Below, one piece after another: positions 1 through 9,710 of a stretch of 50,931 nucleotides of DNA. Position 1 is the first letter of the stretch, and every line of letters begins with the position of its first letter. The notes under the pieces were generated by a model. The model searched no databases. It was not told where the DNA came from and worked only from the letters and a program-made list of their open reading frames with translations. The position numbers and the translations under genes are program-made. Source of the stretch: Alphaproteobacteria bacterium (lineage in GTDB: Bacteria; Pseudomonadota; Alphaproteobacteria; UBA6615); the NCBI GenBank assembly GCA_003230015.1, contig QIGO01000189.1:1-50931 (forward strand). The letters run 5' to 3'.

Positions 1-212
1 ATAGCAATCCGCCGCTTCGACAGCCCGCCGGCATGAAGCCGCAGAACCTCGCCTATCTTGCGCATGGGCAATCTCTCCCGGGGCATCCTCGTTCCTCTCA
101 AAAAGGCGCGAAGGTAGCCCCTGTCAGGATCACCCAACGAGGTCGATCACATCGCCAATCCGACTGGCCGCTTTGGATCGGAATCAGTGGCCGCATTGCG
201 TCGGAATGCGCA
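1..212 (-). mobile_element. istA: IS21-family element, left end plus start of istA (runs off the window)
   Basis: Minus strand from 86 reads MPRERLPMRKIGEVLRLHAGGLSKRRIA, an IstA-type N-terminus. The end at 212 reads TGCGCATTCCGACGCAATGCGGCCACTGATTCCGATCCAAAGCGGCCA, with the repeated ATTCCG..GCGGCCA units typical of IS21 termini. Confidence 0.85.
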
Positions 213-358
213 TCCTCACCGCCACCGGATACAACTTCAGCGTCCTCATCCGATGGTTCGAGGCCCTTTTGCGTGCCTTGATTAAGGTGCTCCTCAGAAC
301 ACCTTTTGTCGCTCAGATCGTCTGAAAACTCACCAACACTGATTCTTCACGGCCGACT
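212..358 (+). pseudogene. IS5-family transposase 3' remnant with right end
   Basis: Frame from 212 reads ILTATGYNFSVLIRWFEALLRALI...* (stop 323-325), resembling the IS5 C-terminal 'ILAAAGYNFRLLLRWL' motif. It is followed by an IR-like TTCTTCACGGCCGACT. Confidence 0.7.
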
Positions 359-545
359 TGTTAAGAAGCGTGTTTGGTCATTCTGAGATCGGCCAAACCC
401 GAGGCGTTTTCCGAACGTCAAGCACGTTAATCTGACTGGGCGTTGATCTTGCGGATTCCATCAGGGCCAACGGTCAGCGCACCGCAGCGATAAGGCCGGA
501 AACATGACGACGCCCCCGGTGTTGCAAAGGGCCGGTCCTGCCATG

Positions 546-2054
546 TCACCTGCCCTCATCTATTTGACTTGATGCTTGTCTCAATCGACGAGGGTCAACC
601 GAATCGTCTTTTGGATAGAACGGCCGCTCTAAGCTCCGCCATGTCAGCCCTCGGAGGTCGGGTGTGGTGGGTCCCTTGGTATCCAGGACGAACGCGCCCG
701 CGGCAAATGGATATGTCAGGCGGTAGTTCATCGGATTCTTGACAGAGACAAGTCGGGCGGCTTGCACATCCAATCCCGCCGCCCTATAGGATTCGTAGCC
801 CCATTCATATGCCGCGTAGGTCGTGACCAGTACGCGCGTTTCCTTGACCGCGAGAACAACGCTTGGGCCCATTGAGGCGGTAACGCCTCCAAGAAAGCCC
901 CCATCATAGGTAAACTGGCCGTCGAAAACGCGTTCAACTGTCGCCGTGATCGGAACGGGCGTGCCCCGCGAAGTGTTGATCCGGTTGCCGACCTCAGTCG
1001 CGATTGTTACGCCTGTGCCGGCCTTCGCGGCTTGCTCAGCGGCAACCGGATCGACAAGGTGCACGAGCGAACCGGCATTTGGCGCGAGCCTCAGCAATGC
1101 CTCAAGGAGGGCCGCTCCATCTCCGGTCGAGCCACCACCGACACAATCCGACGTGTCGGCGAGAATCACCGGCCCATTTCCAATCGCGAGCGCGGCGCGG
1201 ATCGCGTCATCGACAGGGACCGTTTCGACCTCAAAAGCATGGCGGCGCTCCCAGGCTTCGGATGTAATTTTATTGGCGACCGCCTCCGCGGTGGCGACGT
1301 CACCGTTCGAGACAACCACCGCCGCGAAGCCCATGTCGGGCACATCAAGCCAGGGCTGGACAGGGAAATAGCTGACGGCGCTAATCGGTCCATCGTCGTT
1401 CTCAAATCCGCGCGCGATCCGGTCGAGGTCGACCATCGGTCCCGCACCGGAGGTGTGCTCAAGGTGAGGCGCAAACAACATTGGGAGCTTGGACACCGCC
1501 ATAACCGGCTGCATCCGTCCTTCGATGGTATCCACAAGGCAACGGACGGCGCGCGCCGCGGTTTCCGGTGCATCGTCATGGGGGTAATGTTGATAGCCGA
1601 TCAAGATGTCGCAGTTGGCGAGCATCGCCGGGGTTATGTTGCCGTGAAGATCGCAGCTGATGGCGATCGGCGCCGAACCGGCAATCGAGCGGACCTCGGC
1701 CAGCAACTCACCTTCGACATCGTCGGCACCTTCGGCCATCATCGCACCATGCAGCGCCAGAAACACGCCGTCGAATGGCGCCGACGTGTTCAACCGATCA
1801 TCTCTAAGCGCTTGATGGCAATTGCGCTCGACGATGCCGCCCGCGCCGCCATGGGTCGCAAGGAGCGGCGCGATACCGACGCCGGTTCTTTCGAGTTCCG
1901 CGATTGCGCCACCCATTTCGGTGCGTGTACCGGAGAGACGCCCGACGAGATTTGGACCGGTCTCAAGGTATTTGTTGCGGAAATCCTGCATTCCGGCTCG
2001 GGCGACACAGAAGGCGTTGCTCTCTTGCATCAGCGCGCCGAGGGCGACCCTCAT
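546..2054 (-). CDS. MlrC-family (M81) metallopeptidase/amidohydrolase
   Basis: 502 aa with motifs QESNAF, LHGAM, DLHGN, YPHDD, D..GGG.GD and a C-terminal RPFYPKD. Confidence 0.9.
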   Translation of the reverse strand: MRVALGALMQESNAFCVARAGMQDFRNKYLETGPNLVGRLSGTRTEMGGAIAELERTGVGIAPLLATHGGAGGIVERNCHQALRDDRLNTSAPFDGVFLALHGAMMAEGADDVEGELLAEVRSIAGSAPIAISCDLHGNITPAMLANCDILIGYQHYPHDDAPETAARAVRCLVDTIEGRMQPVMAVSKLPMLFAPHLEHTSGAGPMVDLDRIARGFENDDGPISAVSYFPVQPWLDVPDMGFAAVVVSNGDVATAEAVANKITSEAWERRHAFEVETVPVDDAIRAALAIGNGPVILADTSDCVGGGSTGDGAALLEALLRLAPNAGSLVHLVDPVAAEQAAKAGTGVTIATEVGNRINTSRGTPVPITATVERVFDGQFTYDGGFLGGVTASMGPSVVLAVKETRVLVTTYAAYEWGYESYRAAGLDVQAARLVSVKNPMNYRLTYPFAAGAFVLDTKGPTTPDLRGLTWRSLERPFYPKDDSVDPRRLRQASSQIDEGR

Positions 2055-2968
2055 GACGCGGGCGCTTGATCGTAGTCAATCGGCGTGCCATGCCACCCCG
2101 CTTCCCTTTTTTTCCAGTATAGGTCGCGCAATCGCCAGGTCACGGGTCCCGGTGTTCCGTCCGCCACTGGTTGGCCGTCAATCCTTGTGATGGGGATGAG
2201 CCCGCCCGCTGTCGTCGACAGGAAGACTTCTTCGGATTTTCTTAGGCGCTCCGCCGGAAGGGGGGCCGCCACGTATTCAAGATTGGTCTCGGCGCAAAGC
2301 TCAAATACGGTCCGTCTGGTCATGCCATCCAAGACGCCCTCGCCCGGGGTTATCAATTTGCCGTCGATCACGGCAAAAATATTGAACCCCGGCCCCTCCG
2401 TCACGTTTCCTTCGGCGTCGCTCAGCACCACGGTTTCAGCGCCGTTGTCGTAAGCTTCGAACAACCCCATTTGAAAGTCGAGCCAATGGTAGTGTTTGAT
2501 CGTCGGGTCCACCGATGTTGCTGGAACTCGCTGGATGCCGCTGACAAAAAGATGCAAGCCCTGCCGTTGCTGCTCGGGGGTCGCCACCCAGATATAGGGC
2601 ACGCAAAAAACGTAGAATTGGTTGGCGCATTGCCTTGGGTCGCGTACACCGGCCGGCGGCACGCCGCGCGTCATAATAATTTGCACATAGGCATCGCGAA
2701 AACCGGCCCTGCGCACGCATTCGATTACGACCTTGCGCCGCCCCTCCTCGTCGAATTCCCCGCTCATGCGCAACTTTGCGATGTTGCGCTTGAATCGGGC
2801 GAGATGGTCGTCAAGCCGGAAGACGACCCCCTTCCATACCGATATGGTGTCCTGGTTGGCGTCGGAACGTAGAAAGCCCCAATCGAGAAGCGGTATCCGG
2901 GCCTCCTCGATGGGGACGTAAGTTCCATTGATGAAGGCAATGCCCTTGCTGAAGTCCCCTTCAATCAT
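2051..2968 (-). CDS. PLP fold-IV aminotransferase, (R)-selective amine transaminase-like
   Basis: PLLDWGFLRSD, FRLDDHLARF, AYVQIIMTRG, DPTIK (catalytic Lys), EGPGFN, LDGMTR, STTAGG. ATG at 2968 has a GGAGG RBS; 3001 is an alternative start. Confidence 0.88.
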   Translation of the reverse strand: MIEGDFSKGIAFINGTYVPIEEARIPLLDWGFLRSDANQDTISVWKGVVFRLDDHLARFKRNIAKLRMSGEFDEEGRRKVVIECVRRAGFRDAYVQIIMTRGVPPAGVRDPRQCANQFYVFCVPYIWVATPEQQRQGLHLFVSGIQRVPATSVDPTIKHYHWLDFQMGLFEAYDNGAETVVLSDAEGNVTEGPGFNIFAVIDGKLITPGEGVLDGMTRRTVFELCAETNLEYVAAPLPAERLRKSEEVFLSTTAGGLIPITRIDGQPVADGTPGPVTWRLRDLYWKKREAGWHGTPIDYDQAPAS

Positions 2969-3005
2969 AACTGTTCCCTCCAGTGCGCGGTCTGCCGCCA
3001 TCCTC

Positions 3006-4286
3006 TCATAAGAAAACGAGCGTCAAGGGCGGAACGAAAGCGACGAGCAGTATCGCTATGATCATGATCGCCATCCACGGCAAGGCAGCGACCGCCACTT
3101 TCACAAGTGGGGCGCCCGCGATATTGGCTCCAACGAACAGGCAGATACCAACAGGTGGCGTGATGAGTCCAAGATTGAGCGCCATAATCATGAAAACACC
3201 GAAATGGATCGGATCCATTCCGATACCAAGGGCGACGGGAAGTAGGATAGGCAGCAAAATGAAAAGCGTTGATGTCGCGTCAAGGAACATGCCGGTGACG
3301 ATCAAAAGGCCCAACATGGACAATATGATTACCGAATCGGAGCCACCGCTCGACAAGAGCAGGTTCGATACGAATCCCGGAATGCCCTGCGCGTTGATGA
3401 TCCAAGCGAAGAGGGTGGCCGTCGCAACGATGAACATCACGGAAGTTGCGACGACTGCGGCACGTTCGAAGATGCGCGGCACGTCGCGCCAGGTGATGTC
3501 CCGGTACACATAGATGGCAATAAACAGAGCGTAGAGTGTGACGAAAATAGCCGACTCCGTCGGCGTGAAGATGCCGAGACGGATCCCACCAAGTATGAGC
3601 ACCGGCGCAATCAGCGCCCAGCCCGCGCGCAGGGTAGCTTTACCCAGGGGCTGCCGCGCGATGGCTTGGGTCGATCCATAACCCCGCAGCCGCGACAGAA
3701 GGACCGCGCCGGCGGCGAGTAGGACAGTAATGACCAGTCCCGGCACGACACCAGCCAAGAATAAGTCGCTGATCGATTGCTTTGCCAGGACGCCGTAAAG
3801 AATGAGCGCGATCGACGGCGGTACGAGGTTAGCGGTCGTCGATGCCGCAGCGATCAGCGAGGCCGTGAAGTGACGCGGGTAGCCGTGCCTATCCATCGGT
3901 TTCGACATTATTGAGGTGACTGCCGCCGTTTCCGCCGCCGCCGAACCAGTCAATCCGCCGAACAAAAAACACGTGAAGACCGATGTGATGGCGAGACCAC
4001 CCGGAATTCGACCGAACAGCGCATTGAAGAAGTCCACTAGCCGAGAGCCGATCGAACTTTCCGAAATGATCGTGCCCGCAAGAATAAAGAAAGGAATGGC
4101 CAGCAACACGAAGGAGTCGAGGGAGGTCATGATCATTTGGACGCTAAGCTCGATCGGAGCAATGTCGAACAGCAACAGTGTCAGCGCCGCGCTGAGCCCG
4201 AGGCAGATAGCGATCGGCAACCCACCCGCCAGAAACAGGAACATCAGTCCGAATAGAGCTGACGAGACGATTACCTGCTCGCTCAT
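3006..4286 (-). CDS. dctM: TRAP transporter large permease
   Basis: Hydrophobic protein with LLAIPFFILAG, PPSI, TPTES, DPIHFG and TPPVG. ATGA overlap with the dctQ stop. Confidence 0.93.
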   Translation of the reverse strand: MSEQVIVSSALFGLMFLFLAGGLPIAICLGLSAALTLLLFDIAPIELSVQMIMTSLDSFVLLAIPFFILAGTIISESSIGSRLVDFFNALFGRIPGGLAITSVFTCFLFGGLTGSAAAETAAVTSIMSKPMDRHGYPRHFTASLIAAASTTANLVPPSIALILYGVLAKQSISDLFLAGVVPGLVITVLLAAGAVLLSRLRGYGSTQAIARQPLGKATLRAGWALIAPVLILGGIRLGIFTPTESAIFVTLYALFIAIYVYRDITWRDVPRIFERAAVVATSVMFIVATATLFAWIINAQGIPGFVSNLLLSSGGSDSVIILSMLGLLIVTGMFLDATSTLFILLPILLPVALGIGMDPIHFGVFMIMALNLGLITPPVGICLFVGANIAGAPLVKVAVAALPWMAIMIIAILLVAFVPPLTLVFL

Positions 4287-4798
4287 CGTGTCCCCCGCCA
4301 TGCCGGCAGGATTTCCACCTGGACGATCCGAATGATGCTTAGAAAGCAGCCGAGCGGGACAGACGCGGTTAGCAACGCCGCCGGAAAACCAACATTTGTC
4401 ACCGCGTCGATGCGAAGTTGAAACTGCGCTACTTTGACTGCCGAATAGGCGAGGTAGATGAGAAACGCAATCGCGAGTAGCCAGACCAGGACGAGATAGA
4501 CGCGCCGGACGGTTCCACTGAGGCTGTCGGGTACCAAACTGACGTTGATGTTCTCGCGATACCGGAAGGTCATCGCCAACGAGAGGAACACCAGCACAAT
4601 GAACATATTCGGCAGCAACATCTCGGTCCGGGATATCGGAAGCGGAATCGCGTATCGGTTGACGATCTGAGCCGTGCCGGTCACGAGCATGGCAACGAAG
4701 ATTAAGGTCACAAGCCCGCGTTCAACGCGGTCAACGAGTGGCGGCGCTTGTCGCTCCGGCGTTTTATCGTTTTGGCTGCTGGGCGGCGGATCTATCAT
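4283..4798 (-). CDS. dctQ: TRAP transporter small permease
   Basis: About 170 aa, four TM segments, QIVNRY motif, located between dctP and dctM. Confidence 0.88.
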   Translation of the reverse strand: MIDPPPSSQNDKTPERQAPPLVDRVERGLVTLIFVAMLVTGTAQIVNRYAIPLPISRTEMLLPNMFIVLVFLSLAMTFRYRENINVSLVPDSLSGTVRRVYLVLVWLLAIAFLIYLAYSAVKVAQFQLRIDAVTNVGFPAALLTASVPLGCFLSIIRIVQVEILPAWRGTR

Positions 4799-4831
4799 GT
4801 GGTCTTCCAACTGCGTCCGGTCGCGGGTGGA

Positions 4832-4873
4832 GGCGGCGCCGCCTGTCCGAGTGGCGGCGCCGTCCGTCCGAGT
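4832..4873. repeat. 2x21-bp imperfect tandem repeat able to form a hairpin, in the dctP-dctQ intergenic region
   Basis: GGCGGCGCCGCCTGTCCGAGT then GGCGGCGCCGTCCGTCCGAGT (2 mismatches). The GGCGGCGCCGCC core is self-complementary. Confidence 0.7.
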
Positions 4874-4911
4874 GGGAGAATGGGCGGGAGCAGTTCGAAC
4901 TTGAACGGCCC

Positions 4912-5934
4912 CTAGCGACCGAGTTCGGCGCGTGCCTTGTCGGCCTCGGCGATGGCCAGCGCAATGATGTCCGCGCCGATGACGTCGTTGAACTGGCTGT
5001 ACAATGGTTGCAGGAGCTGGCGGAACTCGTTGATCGCCTCCGGTGTCGGCCGGAGCACTTCCATGCCGAGTTTCTCCAACTCAGCCGGTAGATCGATATC
5101 CTGCTGTATTGCGATCGCCCGTTGCTCGAGGACGGCGTTGCGCGCCTCTTCAAGGAGCACGGTCTGGAACTCCTCGGACAGGCTGTCGAACTTGTCTTTG
5201 TTTATCAGGATATTGAATGGGTCGTAGACGTAGTTCCATTGGGTCACGTAGTCCTGCACCTCGTAAAGCCGGAACGACATGATGGTCGAGAAGGCATTCT
5301 CCTGGCCGTCGACGGCGCCTGTTTGCAGAGCCTGGAAGGTCTCCTGCATGTTCATTGTGACCGCTTGCGCTTCCATCGCCTTGAAGGCCGCGAGGAACAC
5401 TTCCGTTCCGGCAACGCGCAGTTTCAGTCCCTTGATGTCGGCGGCGGTGGCGACTGGGCGCTTGCTATTGGTCAATTGCCGGAAGCCGTTAATGCCCGTA
5501 CCGAGCGACTTGATGCCGTATTCCTCGTACCAACTCGCCGTCGCATCGCCAAGCGGTCCATCGATGACCTTAATGGCGACCTCATGATCTTCGATAAGGA
5601 AGGGCAAGCTGTACACATCGAAGCGGCGATCGACGAAAAGGCCGGCGATGATGGTTGAAAGGAGGGACATGTCGATGATCCCGGCGCGCAGCAGTTCCAC
5701 CTCCGTCTTGAAGCTGCCGCCCGCCAGCGTGTGGTTGGGAAAGAGCTCGATCTTAAGCCGCCCGCCGGTACGTTCCGCGACGCGCTCCGCGAGAATTTTG
5801 CCGGCGACAAAGACGTGGCCATCGGGCCGGTCATTTGCCGACAGCCTGAGCGTAACCGTTTCTTGAGCGAAGGATTGAGCGGAAACAGAAATCATTCCAA
5901 GTACCGCAACTCCTAATAACAAAATTTTGCGCAT
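4912..5934 (-). CDS. dctP: TRAP substrate-binding protein
   Basis: Signal peptide MRKILLL...AQ after an AGGAGG RBS. Motifs NGFRQLT, DIKGLKLRV (carboxylate-binding Arg) and LQTGAVDGQEN. Confidence 0.93.
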   Translation of the reverse strand: MRKILLLGVAVLGMISVSAQSFAQETVTLRLSANDRPDGHVFVAGKILAERVAERTGGRLKIELFPNHTLAGGSFKTEVELLRAGIIDMSLLSTIIAGLFVDRRFDVYSLPFLIEDHEVAIKVIDGPLGDATASWYEEYGIKSLGTGINGFRQLTNSKRPVATAADIKGLKLRVAGTEVFLAAFKAMEAQAVTMNMQETFQALQTGAVDGQENAFSTIMSFRLYEVQDYVTQWNYVYDPFNILINKDKFDSLSEEFQTVLLEEARNAVLEQRAIAIQQDIDLPAELEKLGMEVLRPTPEAINEFRQLLQPLYSQFNDVIGADIIALAIAEADKARAELGR

Positions 5935-6026
5935 GGTCTTTCCTCCTGTTGGTCGTCGGTAATTCGCCTGGTTGTGCACGTTGGTTCACGCTTTCCCAGA
6001 CATTGAAGTAGCAACCGGTTCGGGCG

Positions 6027-7031
6027 TCATGCCGGTCGTCCACCACTTTTCGGTCGGCGAACCACGTTTTCCAGTGGTGCGCCACGAGCGAAGCGATCTA
6101 GATTCTCTGCAATTTTTTTCCATCGGCGGGAAAGCATTCCCTCGGTCCAAGCCGCGACATGAGGTGTCATCAAGACATTGGGCAATTCCGAGAACGGATA
6201 CCGGGACGGGCGCGGCGCTGGGTCATCGTCATCGGGATAACGCCACCAGACGTCAAGAGCGGCGCCGGCGATCTTGCGATTGGACAGCGCCGCAAAGAGA
6301 GCCGATTCGTCGACTATTTCTCCCCGGGCGATATTGATCAGGACTGCGGAGTCTTGCATCAGCGCCAATCGGCGCGCATCGATCAATCCGTGCGTTTCAG
6401 TCGTGAGCGGACAGGCAATCACAACAAAATCGCAACGCGGCACCATGGTATCGAGCGCGGGCATGCGTCCGGACCATTCAAGAACGGGATCGTCTGATTC
6501 CCGCCGCGATACCGCAACCACGGTCATGTCGAATGCGGCCGCCTTTTTGGCGACGGCCTGAGCGATTCTTCCATAGCCGACCAGACCGATCGTCGCGCCC
6601 GCCAGCTCCCCATGCAGGGGGCCGAAGGAGACGTGGCTGCCGCTCCAGTCGCCGCCGCGGAAATTTCCGTCGAGTCCGCGGAGATCAATGCGGAGTTCGA
6701 GCATCGCCAGGAGGACGAATTCGGCCACGGCGGTTTCATGCTCGAAAACGTTGCAAACGGTACATGTCTCGGGGATGGCGCCCCAATCGACGGCATCGGT
6801 GCCGGCATTTGGAAGCTGAAGAAACCGCAGCTTGACCGCTTTTCGACCGAGGCTTTGGTTCCAGCCTTGCGAAATGGCGGCTTCCGCCGTGGACAGTGTA
6901 TCCATCAACATGCAGTCGGAATCCTGAAGCGCGACTGTTCGGATCTCCCATGGCGTTGTCAGAGATGCTGCAAGGCGGTCGACGTTGCGGGTGGCGTAGG
7001 GATTGACGAGAACACAGCGCATGGCGGTCAC
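6027..7031 (-). CDS. D-isomer-specific 2-hydroxyacid dehydrogenase
   Basis: [36 protein letters not shown] start overlaps the SDR stop (GTGA). Confidence 0.9.
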   Translation of the reverse strand: MTAMRCVLVNPYATRNVDRLAASLTTPWEIRTVALQDSDCMLMDTLSTAEAAISQGWNQSLGRKAVKLRFLQLPNAGTDAVDWGAIPETCTVCNVFEHETAVAEFVLLAMLELRIDLRGLDGNFRGGDWSGSHVSFGPLHGELAGATIGLVGYGRIAQAVAKKAAAFDMTVVAVSRRESDDPVLEWSGRMPALDTMVPRCDFVVIACPLTTETHGLIDARRLALMQDSAVLINIARGEIVDESALFAALSNRKIAGAALDVWWRYPDDDDPAPRPSRYPFSELPNVLMTPHVAAWTEGMLSRRWKKIAENLDRFARGAPLENVVRRPKSGGRPA

Positions 7032-7759
7032 ATCCCTACGCCGCCCGAAACCTTGATCACCTCGCCGGTGATGTAGCTGGACGCCGGAGAACAAAGAAAG
7101 GCGACGGTCTCCGCCATGTCGCGCGGCTGCCCCATGCGCGGGATCGGGTAGTCCTCGATACCGTAGTCATAGCCGTGCATCACCGCCGAGGTGAGTACGG
7201 GCCCCGGTGCGACGGCATTGACTCTGACGCCCTGGCGGCCGTATTCGCGCGCCGCCCACTTGGTCAGGCCAATCAGGCCCGCCTTCGCCGCGGCATAGGC
7301 CGGCCCGGATCTTCCATCCTGCCCCTTTGCCGGAAGGCCGCCAATGACCCCGGAAATAGAGGAGATATTGACGATGGCGCCGGTCTCGGCTGCCAGCATG
7401 TATGGCAGCACCGCACGCATGAAGAAAAACGCGCCGGAAAGGTTCTTGTTCAGCTCAGCGAACCACACCTCGTCGGGCAGGTCTACAAAGCCGGTGCGTG
7501 CGCCGCCGCCGGCGCAATTCACCAAAATATCGATACGCTTGTGAAGGTGGTGCGCTTCGACAACCGTCGCGGCTACGGTCGAGGAGTCGGTTACGTCGCA
7601 AACCAATGACAACACGGCGTTCGCGACCTCCGCCTCGATGAGGTCGACGACAACGACGCGTGCGCCACGCTTCGTTAGGGCTGACGTAATGGCTCCACCG
7701 ATATGCCCCGCACCGCCGGTGACGATGGCAACCTGGCCGTCGAGATCGCCGCCGGTCAT
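7028..7759 (-). CDS. Classical SDR oxidoreductase
   Basis: [28 protein letters not shown]. Confidence 0.92.
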   Translation of the reverse strand: MTGGDLDGQVAIVTGGAGHIGGAITSALTKRGARVVVVDLIEAEVANAVLSLVCDVTDSSTVAATVVEAHHLHKRIDILVNCAGGGARTGFVDLPDEVWFAELNKNLSGAFFFMRAVLPYMLAAETGAIVNISSISGVIGGLPAKGQDGRSGPAYAAAKAGLIGLTKWAAREYGRQGVRVNAVAPGPVLTSAVMHGYDYGIEDYPIPRMGQPRDMAETVAFLCSPASSYITGEVIKVSGGVGM

Positions 7760-8730
7760 GGCGCCACCATTTCGCGAATTGCTTGCTCGATATTCTGTTG
7801 CGACACCCGATAGGCGGCTTCAAGGGGCGGGGAGAACGGGACCGGCGCCCTCGGCGCGCCCAGACGCCGCGGCGGCCGGCAGAGGTCCCCGTGGACATTC
7901 TCGACAACCGTCGCGACGATTTCCGCGCCGAGGCCGCAGACCTGAACGGCTTCGTGGACGACCAGTAGCCGGCCGGTCTTTTTCACCGAGGCAAATACGG
8001 CGCCCGTATCCCACGGCCACAGCGAACGCAGATCCAGCAATTCGACGTCCGTGCCGGTCTCGACGCAGGCCTCCACCGCCTTGTGTGCAACCGACGCCAT
8101 AGTTGACCAGGTAACGACCGTAACATCGCCACCCTTCCTGACAAGGCGCGCCTCGCCAATTGGGACGCAGTGGTCGCCCTCGGGAATCTCGCCCGTGTTT
8201 TGCCATATGGCGCGGGGTTCGATGAAAATGACGGGGTCTTCGCATCTGATGGCCGATTTCAAAAGGCCCTTGCAGTCGGCGGCAGTCGACGGCGCAAGAA
8301 CGACGAGGCCCGGTACGTGGACGTACCAGCTTTCAAGTGATTGCGAGTGCTGCGCGGCCGATCCCGTCACCATTCCCTGCGGCAGACGCACGACAACCGG
8401 AACCCGCGCCTGCCCGCCAAACATGAAGCGGGCCTTGGCGATCTGGTTGACCAGTTCGTCGATCGCCGAAAGGGCGAAATCGGCAATGCGCATTTCCACG
8501 ACCGGTCTCGTACCGGCAAGGGCCCCGCCAAGCCCGGCGGATACGATCATCGCTTCCGAGATCGGAGAAGCGACGATGCGGTCGGGTCCGAACTCGCTGA
8601 TTAGGCCGCGGTATTGTCCGTACAGGCCGCCGATGTGGAGGTCCTCGCCAACCGCCCAGACCGTTGCGTCGCGCCGCATTTCCTCGGCCAGGCCGTCGCG
8701 AACGGCCTCAAGGACCGTCTGCGTCGTCAT
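7756..8730 (-). CDS. ThDP-dependent 2-oxoacid/acetoin dehydrogenase E1 beta-like subunit
   Basis: [41 protein letters not shown]. Confidence 0.92.
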   Translation of the reverse strand: MTTQTVLEAVRDGLAEEMRRDATVWAVGEDLHIGGLYGQYRGLISEFGPDRIVASPISEAMIVSAGLGGALAGTRPVVEMRIADFALSAIDELVNQIAKARFMFGGQARVPVVVRLPQGMVTGSAAQHSQSLESWYVHVPGLVVLAPSTAADCKGLLKSAIRCEDPVIFIEPRAIWQNTGEIPEGDHCVPIGEARLVRKGGDVTVVTWSTMASVAHKAVEACVETGTDVELLDLRSLWPWDTGAVFASVKKTGRLLVVHEAVQVCGLGAEIVATVVENVHGDLCRPPRRLGAPRAPVPFSPPLEAAYRVSQQNIEQAIREMVAP

Positions 8731-9710
8731 GCCGGGGCTCCGATGTCCTGGACTTCCGCATAGATGCTCGCGGGTTCCGGGAAGACTGCCTCGCGGGCAG
8801 CTACCAGCGCCGCCGCTATTTCCGTCTCAACCTCCACCTGAAGACGCTGCACATCCTGGGACAAATTCCAGTCGGTCAACCGCTGTCGCATGAGGAGAAT
8901 CGGGTCACGGAGCTCCTGGCGGGAGTGCCTCTCCGCGTCGCGATAGGCGCCCTGGTCGGCGATAGTGTGCCCGCGAAGGCGATAGGTCTGAGCATGAATG
9001 AACGCAGGTCCGCCCTCGCGACGGAGCCGCTCGACCATCGCTGCGGCTGCGTCGGCCACGGCCAACACATCGTTGCCGTCAACGACCATGCTTTGGATGC
9101 CAAGAGACTCGGCGCGGGCCGCCGGACCCGCGCCCGCCGTCAGGCGCGCGGTCTCGGTAAAAGCCGCGTAACCGTTGTCTTCGCAAACGAAGAGGACAGG
9201 CAGCCGAAAGGTGGCCGCCCAGTTGAGCGACTCCAGGAAGGGTCCGCGATTTACCGCGCCGTCGCCGAAGAAGCAGGCCGTAACCGCTTCGCTTCCGCGG
9301 ACGCGCAGCCCCTGAGCCGCTCCCACAGCTATCCCGAGGCCGCCGCCGACAACGCCGTTCGCTCCAAGCATTCCGGCGGAAAAGTCGGCGATGTGCATCG
9401 ATCCGCCCTTGCCTTTGCACGTGCCGGTTACGCGCCCGAAGAGTTCCGCCATCATTGCTGAAAGCGATGCCCCTTTGGCGATCGAATGGCCGTGGCCACG
9501 ATGTGTGCTTGTGATGAGATCGGCCGGCTCAAGCGCAGAGCAGACGCCCGCAGCGACAGCCTCCTGCCCGATCGACAGATGTAGGGTGCCTGGAATCTCT
9601 CCGTCGCGCTGCGCGATCTCGGCGGCCTCCTCGAAGCGCCGAATGCTGAGCATCGTCCTGTGGAGCGCGAGCGCCCGCTTGCGCTCGTTGTTGTTGTCGA
9701 TGTCCGTCAT
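8727..9710 (-). CDS. ThDP-dependent 2-oxoacid/acetoin dehydrogenase E1 alpha-like subunit
   Basis: HLSIGQEA, STHRGHGH, GKGGSMH, GDGA...CEDN (ThDP motif), TYRLRGH. Confidence 0.92.
   Translation of the reverse strand: MTDIDNNNERKRALALHRTMLSIRRFEEAAEIAQRDGEIPGTLHLSIGQEAVAAGVCSALEPADLITSTHRGHGHSIAKGASLSAMMAELFGRVTGTCKGKGGSMHIADFSAGMLGANGVVGGGLGIAVGAAQGLRVRGSEAVTACFFGDGAVNRGPFLESLNWAATFRLPVLFVCEDNGYAAFTETARLTAGAGPAARAESLGIQSMVVDGNDVLAVADAAAAMVERLRREGGPAFIHAQTYRLRGHTIADQGAYRDAERHSRQELRDPILLMRQRLTDWNLSQDVQRLQVEVETEIAAALVAAREAVFPEPASIYAEVQDIGAPA

Noticed and set aside
33-281. 82-aa plus-strand ORF
   Set aside because: Antisense to istA and spans an IS junction.
546-2054. Microcystin degradation (mlr) cluster
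   Set aside because: No mlrA, mlrB or mlrD-like genes nearby. The MlrC family is broad.
1032-2069. Long antisense or alternative-frame ORFs (e.g. 1032-2069, 8051-8893, 8664-9461, 35021-35815, 37052-37816, 44302-45195)
   Set aside because: They overlap well-supported genes, carry no motifs, and are expected shadows in GC-rich DNA.
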